Below are positions 37,291 to 49,603 of a DNA stretch of 64,000 nt, piece by piece. Origin of the DNA: Felis catus (lineage: Eukaryota); assembly GCF_018350175.1 (NCBI RefSeq), contig NC_058368.1:132744001-132808000 (forward strand), given 5' to 3'. The translations under genes were made by a program, and so were the position numbers. Within the stretch, counting starts at the first letter, position 1. Every line of letters begins with the position of its first letter. The notes beneath the pieces are model-generated. The model saw only the letters and a list, made by a program, of their open reading frames with translations. It made no database searches and was not told the DNA's origin.

Positions 37291-37994
37291 GTCTGTGTTC
37301 TTTTAATGGGTTCATTTCTGGGGGGTTTCTTGCCCCTTGGCTCATTTCACCATTGGAGTGTGAAACCAGTATTTAGTACTGGGGCTAGAGAAGAGAGCAG
37401 CTCAGAGGAGAAGCACTCTCTGTGGCTGCCACACAATCTACACAGCTATAAGACATAAGGATCCGTGTAGGCTTTAAGACCAAAGCTTAATAGTGACCTT
37501 CCCAGAGCACTGCAGTGGACACCTGGATAGTGACCAAACTTTCCATCTTGCCTTGATTAGTGCTGTGTCCCATATATCTTTGGCATCTTCCTTATTATAG
37601 TCCTCTGAAAACAATGCTTGCCTTGGGTTCTCCCCAATCAGGTGATCTTCTGTGAATGCCTGACTACAGATCCTGCTGATTCCTAACCCGTTCACTGTTC
37701 TCATTCCTGACCAAGGAGTAAAAGAGTAGAGCTGGTTTAGGACAAATCCACTCTTATTCTTTAGCAGAGCAAGCCCTACTAAAGGGGGTGCTGTAGCATT
37801 CTTACCGTTGACAAAGGGCAACTCATTAATTTAGTGTAAAATTTATTATCTCATTGATGTCAGCTCTTATCCTAGTCTTCCAAAAGATGCATTAACTTTC
37901 TGACACTTTGTTCTTTTTCCATGTGTAAGTAATTAATTGATATCCTGGAACAAAACTTTGTACCCCTTCTAGTCTATGCATTCAAACACTTAGT

Positions 37995-38205
37995 TTAATT
38001 TTTTTTACATTTATTTATTTTGAGAGAGACAGAGATAGCGTGAGTGGGGGAGGGGCAGAGAGAGAGGGATACACAGAATCCCAAGCAGGCTCTGTACCGT
38101 CAGCGCAGACCCCCATGCGGGGCTCAAACCTACAGACCTGTGAGATTGTGACCTGAGCCGAAATAAAGAGTCAGAGGCTTACCTGACTGAGAGACTCAAG
38201 AGCCC
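37995..38205 (-). mobile_element. CanSINE
   Basis: TSD aaa(c/t)acttagtttaa. Confidence 0.93.
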
Positions 38206-39286
38206 TTTAAATACTTAGTTTAAATGTTAGGCTCTCATTTTATAAGGGCTGTGGATCCACTCTTTGTCTGCTCTCTGAACCCACATACCCCTCAAAGTAG
38301 AGAGAAGAAAAAGAGAACATGAGTCTTGTGGTGTCTCCCATTAATCCCTGAGTTCATCTTTGGTACAATCTTCCTGGAGCTTTTACTGCAGAAACACTTC
38401 ATTGTCACCTAATCACCTATTTTCTTTTCCCAGTAAATAACCTGCACTTTCTACTACTATCTTCTTCTGAAAAAGTTTGTGATTCCTTAGCTGCTTACCT
38501 ATGGAGGAAAGTTGGGGTGTGGGGGTGGTTGGGGAGGGTTTGGTTGTGGGTATGTGTGTGCATCTCCAATGAAACTCTAGTTATTGTTGGATTTTACCAC
38601 ATTTCAAAGAATCCTTCACATTTCATTCTTATCCAGGTACGGATGCTGTCACAGGTTTTAGAAAGAACTTGGCTGATCTACATCCAAGTTTTATTTGTGC
38701 CTCTGTCTTCCTCATAAGGTTAGCCTTCCTAGGATAGCGCTATGGCAGCTTCTCAGTAAGTGACAACAACACGTGTCAGCAGAGAGACACCGACACAGAG
38801 GATATTGATGAGTGTAGTTGACAGGACTCGTTCCCTCTTTACCCCTGCTTGGGGAACTAATTGCTGCTCTGCTGCTGGGACCCATTTACCACTTGATTCA
38901 TAATCCCCCAAAGGGAAAATAAATTGTGTGATCGGTAAGACTTTTCTTGACACAGAGTCAAATATAGAAGCTGGCCTGGTGAAGATCGTATTTTTTGTTT
39001 GTTTTATAAAGGGCTTAGAACTTCAAGAAGGAGTGAAACAAAAGCTCAAACCACATAGTTTGAGCACCGATGGTGCACCTGGGAATACAAAGGTTGCTGA
39101 GGAAAAGATCCCTGTTTTCACAACTGACGGACATGTTGGCATAAATGAGATGCACTAGATTTGATGTGGTAAGTGTGGTAATGAAAGGAGGAAACTTCGT
39201 GCTGTGGTGGCAGAGAGGTGAGGGTCAACTCAGCCTGGACAATCAGTAGACCCCACAGAGACATGGCTAACCAAAGAAACGGGCAG

Positions 39287-39495
39287 AGGGGCCTAAGTGA
39301 CTCAGTCGGTTAAGCATCTGACTTCAGCTCAGGTCAAGATCTCGCCCTTACTGAGTGCAAGCCCCGCATCGGGCTCTGTGCTGACAGCTCAGAGCCTGGA
39401 GCCTGCTTCAGATTCTGTCTCCCACTCTCTTCCCCTCCCCCACTCATGGTCGCTCACTCTCTCTCTCTCAAAAATAAACACTTTAAAAAATTTAA
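39287..39495 (+). mobile_element. CanSINE
   Basis: Head, (CT)n, tail. Confidence 0.92.
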
Positions 39496-39534
39496 AAGGA
39501 AAGAAATGTGCAGACAGGAAAATTGACAAAAGCA

Positions 39535-39885
39535 GGATTCTCTGTAACCAATACTCAGTTTGTGTACTCTGAGAAGTGGACCATCAGACCTTACTGTTTG
39601 GGACATTTTCCAGGAGGGGAGAGAAAGAAGGATTGAGCAGAGGGGATGAGTCAAGTTGCAGTGCAAGCCTCAGCCAGTTCCTTGGGGAGCTCTAGAGCTT
39701 AAATATTCTCTCAGAGCTGTCCCACATGGGACCACATGAGCCAGGCCTTTATATCCTCGCCTCAGCCATTCACTGGGTATGGGCCACTCCAGAAGGATGT
39801 GACCTGGGGTAGCGTGGATTTCTGCAGCCCAGGCCATCCCTACAAGAACTGACAGCTGAAGGCTGTCTGTCAGTTGCATTCTCAG
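39535..39885 (-). mobile_element. ERVL 3' LTR (LTR33/LTR16-like)
   Basis: 'ggggagctctagagc...cagagctgtccca...ggccttttatatcc' gives TATAAAA on the minus strand; PPT-like 'caaaggggtcatc|tg' precedes it on the minus strand. Confidence 0.65.
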
Positions 39886-40789
39886 ATGACCCCTTTGTGC
39901 TTCATGTATATCCCTCAGGCCTCTCTTCCTCAGAAGGGGAAGGCTAGCAAAACAAATTATACCCGCTATTGCTGAGCCTAGTCCTGGGGCTGCAACTAAT
40001 ACTCAATGTATCTCTTCTTCACTAATGATTCTGGAATGCTCTCACCCTCAGCTGGCATCTGTGCTGGTTTGGGTGGTGTAGCTGGTGGCATGACCATTCC
40101 CAAGGGGAATAGGCCCCTTGTCTCCATGTCCTTCTCAGGCTACAGATCCTTACCTCATCTCTCTCATCTATTTCCACCGCTATTTGGCAAGGGCATAACA
40201 AGAGGTACCCAAGTAGATCACCCGAGTACTACAACCTGTTCCTCCATGCCCCCATTGTGGAATAGTGGCACTACCCCCTCTTGATGATCAGGGCCAATTA
40301 TTCCTGAATAAAGACTCCTCTGAAGGAGTCCTCCTTCCTCCTGAAGACCCTAATGTAATGGAAATGGACAGCACAAATTCCCTAGGTGGATTACTGGAAT
40401 GATGGTAAGTAGGATCATTCATGCTTTAACTTTTTGGCTCTCAGTCTCATGAATTTTATCTATTGGGGCACTACATCCTGAAGGATGGTGCCTCATCCTT
40501 ATAAACTATTGGCTCTGAGCTGGCACTTAAGCATGTCTTGAGCAAGCCATTCCAAATCTCTATCTAGAGATCTCTATCTCTATCCAGATCTCTATCCAGA
40601 AAGCCAGTAGCTTCTGGTTGGCATGGTATATGGTAAAGCCAGGGGAATCCCACGGTTATAGGTCCACTCTCACATTTCCTTTGCTGTGAAGTGGGTCCTC
40701 AGTGTGAAGGCCGTTTTGTGGGATCCCATGTTAGTGGATCAAATGTTCTATAAGCTCTTAGAAAGTGATGCTAGGAGAGGCTCTGTAGA

Positions 40790-40826
<37 letters not shown>

Positions 40827-41250
40827 ACATATAACCAGAATATTTGCATATTCTGTCAGAAAAAAAATTAATGGAAGGATTCCATTGTATTCAGTTTTTA
40901 CCAAGGTGCTATTTGGTATCCCCTCTTTGGGAAATAATGCTGCAATAGTGGCTCAACACTGCTTTCTTTTGCTGACATGTTTCTCATGTGGCAGTGACAC
41001 TCTTGATCAGATTCAGTAAATGACAGCCCATGCAACTGGGCTCATACACAGCCTCCATCTTTCTCTATTGCTCTGTCCACGTGCCCATGATGCCAGCACT
41101 GGGGTGGCCAATGACAAAGCCAAGTCGTTTCGTGTCTTTAGTTGTTTAGCAACTCTTTCATGGTGGTTTCTCCCTAGTAGGTGTTAATGCGTGAAACAAA
41201 AATCTTCACATTCTATGCCAACTCTCATAGGTCCATCCACAAATATATAT
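39886..41250 (-). mobile_element. ERV-L internal fragment: decayed pol (RNase H end, integrase) and dUTPase
   Basis: Manual minus-strand translation: LWMDL*ELA*NVKIFVSRIN; KYSGY...LIH*HGIP; THFTAKEM*EW; WLYHIPCQPEATG...IEIWNGLLK; GIIGPDHQEGVVPLFHNGG; GDLLGYLL. Many stops and frameshifts. Confidence 0.9.
40792..40822. repeat. Poly(A) run of about 31 nt inside the ERV-L integrase
   Basis: Read directly from the sequence. Confidence 0.95.
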
Positions 41251-42300
41251 GCTCCTTAATGAGAAATCCTCTCACAGCACCAAAAAGCAATCATTTCCAT
41301 TTAACCTCTGGGAACTCATTATTCAGACTTTCCCAGTCTAACCTTCGTATAACTTTCCCCACAAGGACTACCACCCAACTGACAGCAGAACTGAGTGTCA
41401 AGATTCTTTTCAACCATTTTTAGAAAAAGACACCATTTAAGCTTGCTCTCCATAAAAGGGCAGTAATTTATTACTTCCACCTGTCTTCAAATATTCTAAG
41501 ACTTCTGTCCCTGATGTTGTTTATCTTTGAGGAATGTTAGGCTGTGGTATAAAATTTGATGTTTAGAATGTGTAACTTGGCAAGGCAGGTGAAAATTTTC
41601 TACCTTCAGGGATTAATATCCATTACAGGAAGGTGAATGCAAAACAAAGCGTTCTTATTCTGAGGGATGATTTTCATCATGAATTTTTAAGCCATTCAAG
41701 AAAATATTGTGAATTGACCCTTTAAATTTGGAAAACATCTTTTACATTCTGTAACTATCTCTAACATTGAAAGATATTAAAATGTTGGTATTGAATTTCA
41801 TTGCTGAGAGCATCTCCCCCCTTCGTTTTGTACATGAGCAAAGGATGAAATTATTTCTGACACCTACAATAAAAAGTATATTGTTGCTGAATAAAGGATT
41901 GATATTAGAAAGAAGTTACCCAACCAGTTAGGCCTGTGGCAGTTGCATAAACAGGGCCATGTTCCCTGTTAATGCTAGTATCGCACAAACACTGTGGGCT
42001 CACAGGTACACTAACCACAATCCAACTTGGCTTACGGGTTCATAAGGGTGTTTCTGCCTAGTGATCTTGTTCTGATGTACAACATGAAAGGTCTTGGCAC
42101 TGCAAGAAGTTTTGGTCATCGACATCTCCCCATTTTAGCTACTCTCACCAATTCATCACACAATCATGAAGGCAAAAGACAGAATAGATGCAGAGGCAGT
42201 GACTATAGTTGTGGAGAAAATGTCCTGCACCAGGAATCGGAGACCACAGTTTTATTCCTGATTTTGTCTTTTAGACAAGCCAGTTAATATCTCTGAACTC

Positions 42301-42523
42301 GGGGCGCCTGGGTGGCGCAGTCGGTTAAGCGTCCGACTTCAGCCAGGTCACGATCTCGCGGTCCGCGAGTTCGAGCCCCGCGTCAGGCTCTGGGCTGATG
42401 GCTCAGAGCCTGGAGCCTGTTTCCGATTCTGTGTCTCCCTCTCTCTCTGCCCCTCCCCCGTTCATGCTCTGTCTCTCTCTGTCCCAAAAATAAATAAACG
42501 TTGAAAAAAAAATTAAAAAAAAA
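42301..42523 (+). mobile_element. Young felid-type CanSINE inserted in a MIR
   Basis: Near-consensus with CpGs intact; perfect 15-bp TSD aatatctctgaactc. Confidence 0.98.
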
Positions 42524-43287
42524 TATCTCTGAACTCAAATATACTCATCTATAAATGGGCTCACATTAATGATTGCAGAGTATCAGTCAGGGTCAAATGA
42601 GTTTTCACATATTCAGTGTAAAAGTTCAGTGTTACAGACCTTAAACAAAGTTGTAAAGAACTTCCTGTGGTTGGTTCACTTCCTTCAAGGTTGGAGATAT
42701 TGTAGAAGCATATTTTGGTTCCTTTGCATTTCATTTTTCCAGGATGCTTGGCTTTGGACCATGAGTCACCATTCTACCCCTCTTGTTTCTACCTTCCCTT
42801 TCCCCCTCTTTTTCCTCCTTGTTGGTTCTACATCCCATTCATAGCCATGAGAGAGTGAAGGAAAGTTAGAGGAAACAAAAGAAAAGGCTCAGTTGAGTCA
42901 GGGAAGTACCTTGTCGTAGAGAAGTGTCTACGTGCTGTTCCATGGCTTTCTCCAAAAAATAATACATAGCTAGTACTCTACCTGTATTATATTCTTCCAC
43001 GGTCTGCTGTTGTTAGAAGTAAAAATTCAGTGCATGAATGCACTTAACTGAAACCCACCTCACTGGATACTGATGAATGTAACTGGGGTATCAGTCCTTT
43101 GTCAAATCAAAGGAAAGAATTAAGCATCAATTCTCTGTTTAGTAGGCTTAGTTGAGGAGGAAACTGTTCTTCTTAACGGAAGATTTTCAGCTAATAAACG
43201 TGGAAGCAATGATAAGATTATAAAATAATCATTTGAAACCCCTGAAATAACTGATTCAGGCCAAAATCATCAGTGGTTGATAGCAGT

Positions 43288-43490
43288 ATTTTTTTTTAAG
43301 TTTATTTATTTTGAGAAAGAGAGAGAGCACGCATGGGAGGGGCAAGGAGAGAGGGAGCAAGAGAATCCCAAGCAGGGTCTGCACTATCAGTGCAGAATCG
43401 GATGTGGGGCTTGAACCTACCAACAGTGAGATCATGACATGAGCCAAAATCAAGAGTAGGTCACTTAACCAACGGAGACATCCAGATGCT
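43288..43490 (-). mobile_element. CanSINE
   Basis: Reverse-complement element. Confidence 0.92.
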
Positions 43491-43973
43491 AGATGATAGT
43501 ATTATCAGAAAGGCTGACGGGGAACTTTACAGTGGAGGGGTCAGGCTGTCCCCATGTGAATCCTCTGATGATCTTAGCATCACCAACACTGGAATGAACA
43601 CACATTGTGGGCCTCCTCATACAGTGTAATCAGAAGCTCACAGTGTCTCCTATGAAGTGTTCTTGCAACAATAATTTTTTTTAAAAATGGACTTGAATAT
43701 AATCAAGCCTCTAGAATTAACTTCCATTCATAGCAAATACGGGAGATAGAGAAATAAGTTAAATGATGCCACAAAGAAGCAAACAGATCATTTCAGAATG
43801 TGGGCATTCCGCAGGGCAGCTTACCTGGTTTCTGCAACTAGCCAAGACCAGTGGGTGGGGAAGAGGAAGCAGCTCCTCCAGGGAAGGCTGCACCATAGCC
43901 AGGTGCCACGTGTTCTGATTCTGATTGGAACAAATCAACTATGAAAACAGTTTTTTAAAAAATAATCTGAGAT

Positions 43974-44160
43974 GGGGCACCTGGGTGGCTCAGTTGTTTA
44001 AAGCGTCTGATCTTGATTTCCACTCAGGTCATGATCTCACTGTCATGGGTCTGAGCCCCATGTGAGGCTCTGTGCTAAGTGTGGAGCCTGCTTGGGATTC
44101 TCTCTCTCCCTCTCTCTTGCCCTCCCCCCACTCTCAAAATAAATAAATAAACATTTAAAA
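43974..44160 (+). mobile_element. CanSINE
   Basis: TSD aaaaataatctga. Confidence 0.93.
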
Positions 44161-44677
44161 AATAATCTGACAAACTTTATTAAGGAGTGGATTTTAGATC
44201 CTATAAAGGCATTATTGTTAAAATTTTGACACAATGATGGCATTATGACTATGATTTAAAAGTTCCTATTTTTAGAGATTCACAGGTCAAGCGTGCAGGG
44301 ATGAGATGACTTCATGTCTGAAACGTACTTTTTGAAAGTTCAGCAAGGGCAAAAACAGGGACAAATAAATGTTGCAAAATCTTTATAATTGTGTGATTAT
44401 GATTATATGTAATTATAATCAGGATGATGGGTATATGGAGGTTTATTGTACTATTCTTGCTATGCTTATGTGTGTTTGGATTTTTTTACAGAAATTCCAA
44501 ATGAGAAAGAGAAGGCAAAAAAAACAAGGGCATATACTGATTGGGAGGACATGTAAACACTGTAAAACCTAAGAAGCAAAGTTTAGACAACTTTAACTTT
44601 TTATAGGAGCTCACAGGTTTCAAATATCCTATTATGGAGAAAAATGTGTGTGTGTGTGTGTGTGTGTTTATATTTCT

Positions 44678-44903
44678 TTTTTTTTTAATTTTTTTTTCAA
44701 CGTTTATTTATTTTTTGGGACAGAGAGAGACAGAGCATGAACGGGGGAGGGGCAGAGAGAGAGGGAGACACAGAATCGGAAACAGGCTCCAGGCTCTGAG
44801 CCATCAGCCCAGAGCCCGTACGCGGGGCTCGAACCCACGGACCGCGAGATCATGACCTGGCTGAAGTTGGACGCTTAACCGACTGCGCCACCCAGGCGCC
44901 CCT
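44678..44903 (-). mobile_element. Young felid-type CanSINE
   Basis: Diagnostic positions; TSD tgtgtttatatttct. Confidence 0.97.
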
Positions 44904-44969
44904 GTGTTTATATTTCTAATTCCTTAAACAGCAAATGACAAATTTTCTCTCTCTCTCTCTCTCTCTCTA

Positions 44970-45200
44970 TAATGCTTATTTATTTTATATATTATATATT
45001 ATATTATATATTATAGTTATATTAAAATACTAAATATTAATCATTATTAATAATGTTAAAATATTAAATATTAAATTATAATGTCAATATCACATGTTGT
45101 AATATTATATTATATAAAATATATTATATTATATAAAATATATTCTATATAAATATTATATTTATATATAAAATATATTATATATATTATATATATATAT
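44970..45200. repeat. AT-rich low-complexity/minisatellite tract
   Basis: Almost only A/T; tandem 19-mer atattatattatataaaat at 45102 and 45121. Confidence 0.9.
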
Positions 45201-45398
45201 AATGTTTATTTATTTTATTTTTGAGAGAGAGACAGAGAGAGAGCGTGAGCAGGGGAGGGGAAGAGATAGTGAGGGAGACAGAGAATCCCAGGCAGGATCA
45301 GAGCCCAATGTGGAGCTCAAACTCATGAACTGTGAGATCATGACCTGAGCCAAAACCAAGAGTCAGATGTTTAACCGACTAAGCCACCTGGGCACCCC
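45200..45398 (-). mobile_element. CanSINE
   Basis: Reverse-complement element; probable TSD tgacaaat at 44936 and 45400. Confidence 0.92.
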
Positions 45399-45524
45399 GT
45401 GACAAATCTAGTCTTTAGCAAAATGATAAAGTTCCTATAGCCAGTACAGGTTCCTAGACAGACAACCCACATGCAATATATGAGATAAATATCTTAATCT
45501 CACTGCATTAAAAAAAAAGTCTTC

Positions 45525-45738
45525 ATTTAAATTTTTTAAAAATATTTATTCATTTTTGAGAGACAGAGAAACAGAGCACAAGCAGGGGAGGGGCAGAGAG
45601 AAGAGGGAGACACAGAATCGGAAGCAGGCTCCAGGCTCTGAGCTATCAGCACAGCGTGATGTGGGGCTCAAACTCATGAACTATGAAATCATGACCTGAG
45701 TCGGACACTTAACCGACTGAGCCACCCAGGTGCTCCCC
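45525..45738 (-). mobile_element. CanSINE
   Basis: Reverse-complement element; TSD-like gtcttc(a/g)tttaaa. Confidence 0.93.
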
Positions 45739-45919
45739 AAATGTCTTCGTTTAAAAATAACACTTAATAATTATTGCTGATGTAAACACCAAAACATAGA
45801 CATATACCCTAGAACAGATGTGTTATTAGTTCACTGTAACTGTATACATGGAGATTCAAATGTACCAAACCAGACAAGAACTGGTTTGGTACCTTGCCCT
45901 GCATGACAAAATGCCAGAT

Positions 45920-46110
45920 CCCTGGGAATTAGAAGACCTGAGAGTCATCCCTCCCCTGCTGCTGACGTGTTATATGACCTTGGGCATGTTCATTCACTTC
46001 TCTTGGCCTTGTTCCCCCTTCTACCGAATGTGCATAATAGTTTCCATCTACTTACCTTGGGGAAATGGTGAGGACTAATGAGAAAACATCAGTGAAGTGC
46101 TTTGAGCTCC
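45920..46110 (+). mobile_element. MIR
   Basis: MIR core 'tatgaccttgggcatgttcattcacttctcttggcct...ggtgaggactaatgaga...tgaagtgctttg'. Confidence 0.75.
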
Positions 46111-46814
46111 TTAGGAAAAAAAAATACTGTCTCAGTACTACAGTGTATGACGTTTTTATTTTGACAGAGAACCACATGAGGTTTCTGATTTGTAGATAAC
46201 AAACCAAGCTTTATAATCATCAACAAACACCATGTAGATCACATTTCTTAACAAGGAATGCTGTCCAAATAACTTTTTAATTGAACCCAGTTTCAATTCA
46301 CATTTAAACCTCATAGTTTCACTAGAAAGGCTGTGTAAATTGCAATTAAGCAGAGGTTTGCAGGATTTCAGCTATTCACTGAAAGGTCTGGAATGAAAGG
46401 TTTAAAAACCCTGAATTCTAGTTGGATGTGACTGTTATAAATTCTGATTTTAATTGAGATAACCACATGGGAGCAGAATAGGTTAAAATTAGTAATTACT
46501 TTAATTTTAGTTCTTAAACAAAATTACTGTCTAATCCCCCATTGCATAGGAACAGTAAAAAAATTAAAATGTCCAGGGAATATTGATTCTTTCCCTAGAT
46601 CACTGTCAGCAAGGTTATTTCTAAGCTCTTCCTCAATTAAGGAAATAGAATATACAAGAAATGCATTTTAATATATCAACAAATCATTCTGGGTATTGAA
46701 ATGCTGAAAAGCACAAACACATGGTTTTAGTTTAAGCAGGAGAGGTTAAAACATAATTATAAAACATAATTATTTCTTTCCCTTTTAACTCCTTCTTCCT
46801 CAGTTTATAAATTC

Positions 46815-47300
46815 AAGAATATTTAGACAAAGTCAATCACTTGCCTAGAACCCTCCAGTGGCTTCCCAGAGCACTGTTTATTAAACCCAAACTCCCGAGC
46901 AGCTTCTGCCCACTTCCTTCTTTTCATCACAGCCATGCCTTCCCTGTTCACATGGCTTTTTCTTCTGTTCCTTGAACTTGCAAATTTATTCTTTGCCCTT
47001 GCTGTTCCTTCCAACAGGATTACTCTTCCTTCATTTCATTACATGCCTGCCTCCTTTTCACTATTCACACCGCAGCTCAAATGTTTCTTCTTGAAAGAGG
47101 CCCCCAGTGACCCCTATTGTAAGTAGCTACCTCCCTACCCCCACCCTCTATACATCACTCTATTTTGGCATCATAACATTGATCGTTTTCTGATTTTATC
47201 TTCTTGATTTATTCGTTTGCTTGTTGTCTGACTCTTCTATTCAGCAGGGGTACTATCTCCTGCTCACCTCTGTTTCTGGCATATTAGCGTAGAAATATTC
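46815..47300 (+). mobile_element. L2 3' fragment
   Basis: 'gcctagaaccctccagtggcttccca...ctttgcccttgctgttccttc...cagctcaaatgtttcttcttgaaagaggcc'. Confidence 0.75.
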
Positions 47301-47588
47301 TAACTATTCAACCCATTCGTTCAAGAACTAACTTCCCGTGCCTGTTTTTCTGGAATCTAAGGTTGAAACTATCTAATCCCTAGAAGAGTACTCCAACAAG
47401 GAGCAGAATAGCAAAGTCACTTTGCTTAGGTCATAACCCATTTTAAAGATGAAATTGCTTTGGTTGGAATCAGCGATTAAAGGCTTTTTACAAGCCGCAT
47501 GCCTCAGACTCTTGAGGAAACAGCTGGCTATAGTCAGTTTAATCTAGGCCGGGCCCTCTACCAAAAATCAGAGTGCTGGTTTTCTTTC

Positions 47589-47802
47589 CTTTTTTTTTTT
47601 TTTTAATGTGAATTTATTTTTGAGAGAGAGACAGAGTGTGAGTGGGGGAGGGACAGAAAGAGAGAGGGAGACACAGAATCTGAAGCAGGCTTCAGGCTCT
47701 GAGCTGTCAGCACAGAGCCCCACAGAGGGCTCAAACCCATGAACTGTGAGATCATGACCTGAGCTGAAGTCAGACGTTTAACTGACTGAGCCAGGGCGCC
47801 CC
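47589..47802 (-). mobile_element. CanSINE
   Basis: Reverse-complement element. Confidence 0.94.
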
Positions 47803-47919
47803 AATTTTCTTCAATCTGGCCCAGGTCTGTAGGTTTACATGCTACCCAAGCAATCAGAATAGCTCAAGCTTTATTTGCAAATGGTCTAGCCATCAGGAAA
47901 CCTGTTACTTCTATAACTT

Positions 47920-49240
47920 TATTCATTGGTTCAACAAATCTTAATTGAGAATGTGCTGGTTCTAGAACTTTACTAGGTTCTTTACAAGACAAGGTCACTT
48001 CAAAAGAGATGTAAAAGTAAACAAGACATTGTATCTGCCCTTAGGGAGCTAACAATCTAACAAATAAATAAAAAAAATTAAAACACAGGGGGAAGTGAGG
48101 CGTGTAATGGGAATATAGCAAGGTCCCTTACTCAATCTAGGGCAAGAATGATGCTGGGAAGGCTTCCCAGGGAACATGCCACTTACAATGAGATCTGAGA
48201 CTGAGTGTAGCTGATAACAAGTATCAGGTGATGCAGAGAAGCCAGAGTGTTCTAAGTAATGGGTGTAGTATATGCAAAGACCAGGAAATAATAGAGCACA
48301 CAAAAAGAAGCTCATTGTGGCTACAAGATTTGGGGGAAGGGGAGGTGGGAGGAGCTGTAATATAGAAATGAGCAGGGACCAGATCATGAAAATCTTATAA
48401 AGCCAAGTTGAGAAATTTGGACTTAATTCCGAGGGCAGTGGACAACCAATACATTATTTGCAGCATGAGAGTGACATGATCAGATTTGTGTAGCTGATCA
48501 CTCTAGCTACAAAGTGCAAATTGAATCTTCCAGGACAGAGACCAAAGGCAAGGAAATGATTTAGAATCTTTTTGCAGTAATTGAGGTGAGAAATGTTAGT
48601 GGTCTTTACTGTTAGTGGCAATGGTGATGATGAGAAGTGATTTTAGATATGTTTAGCAAGTAGAATTGACAAGACTTGGCATTTGGATATGGGGGATGAT
48701 GAACAGGGATGGGTCAGAGATGACAGGTTGCTGGCTTGGGAAACTAGGCCAATAGTGGGGCCATTCACCCAGGTAGTAAGTCAAAGATGAGAGAAGGGTA
48801 TGGGAAGAAGTTAAGCTTTGAATTCCTAGCGCTGAGTCGCTTCTAGTACATTTTTTCATTCATTCATTTATTTATTTTCAGAGAGAGAGAGAGAGAGAGA
48901 GAGACTGTGCACACACATATGTGCACAAGAGCACATGAGTCAGGGAAAGGCAGAGAGAGGGAGAGAGAAAATCCCAAGCAGCCTCCTCATTGTCAATGCA
49001 GGGCCCAATTCGGGGCTCCGTCTCACTAAGTGTGAGATCATGACCTGAGCCGAGATCAAGAGTTGGACACACAACTGACTGAGCCACCCAGGCACCTAAC
49101 TTCTGGTACATTTACATTGAGATATTTAGCTGGCAGTTGGTCATCTGAGATTCAGGAGGGAAGTCTGTCTGGGCAAGAGATGTCAAACTGGAAGCCACCA
49201 GCATCGAGGTGGTAACTGAAGCCATGAGAGTGGATAAGAT
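47920..49240 (-). mobile_element. L2 long 3' fragment interrupted by a SINE
   Basis: 'attcattggttcaacaaat...gagagtgacatgatcagatttgtg...gtagaattgacaagacttggc...gaggtggtaactgaagccatgagagtggataagatc'. Confidence 0.85.
48860..49097 (-). mobile_element. CanSINE
   Basis: TSD cttct(a/g)gtacattt. Confidence 0.93.
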
Positions 49241-49396
49241 CTACTGTTCTTCATGGGGTAGAGTGGAAAAAACAATCAGCTGATTTTTAAAAAGCAATTG
49301 ACTTTTTCAATGAGAATGGCTAGAAAAGAATAGAAAAATGCTACCAGAAAGATTGCAGCAGTGTATCTTTACTGCTGCTAGAATTTAGAGGTTTTA

Positions 49397-49603
49397 GGGG
49401 CTCTTGCGTGGCTCGGTTGGTTAAGCGGCTGACTTCAGCACAGGTCATGATCTCATGGCTCATGAATTCGAGCCCAGCGTCAGTCTCTGTGCTGACAGCT
49501 CAGAGCCTGGAGCCTGCTTCAGATTCTGTGTCTCCCTCTCTCTCTGCCCCTTCCCTGCTCATGCTCTCTTTTTCAAAAATAAATAAACATTAAAAAAAAA
49601 AAA
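49397..49603 (+). mobile_element. CanSINE
   Basis: Full element; TSD-like agaatttagag. Confidence 0.93.

Larger units (their letters stand above)
43130..44500 (+). mobile_element. L1MC4/L1MC5-like 3' region interrupted by two SINEs
   Basis: 'ttttcagctaataaacgtggaag', 'ggggaactttacagtggag', 'aagttaaatgatgccacaaagaagcaa', 'gatgggtatatggaggtttattgtactattctt'; similar to the 60.6-62.6 kb copy. Confidence 0.75.
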
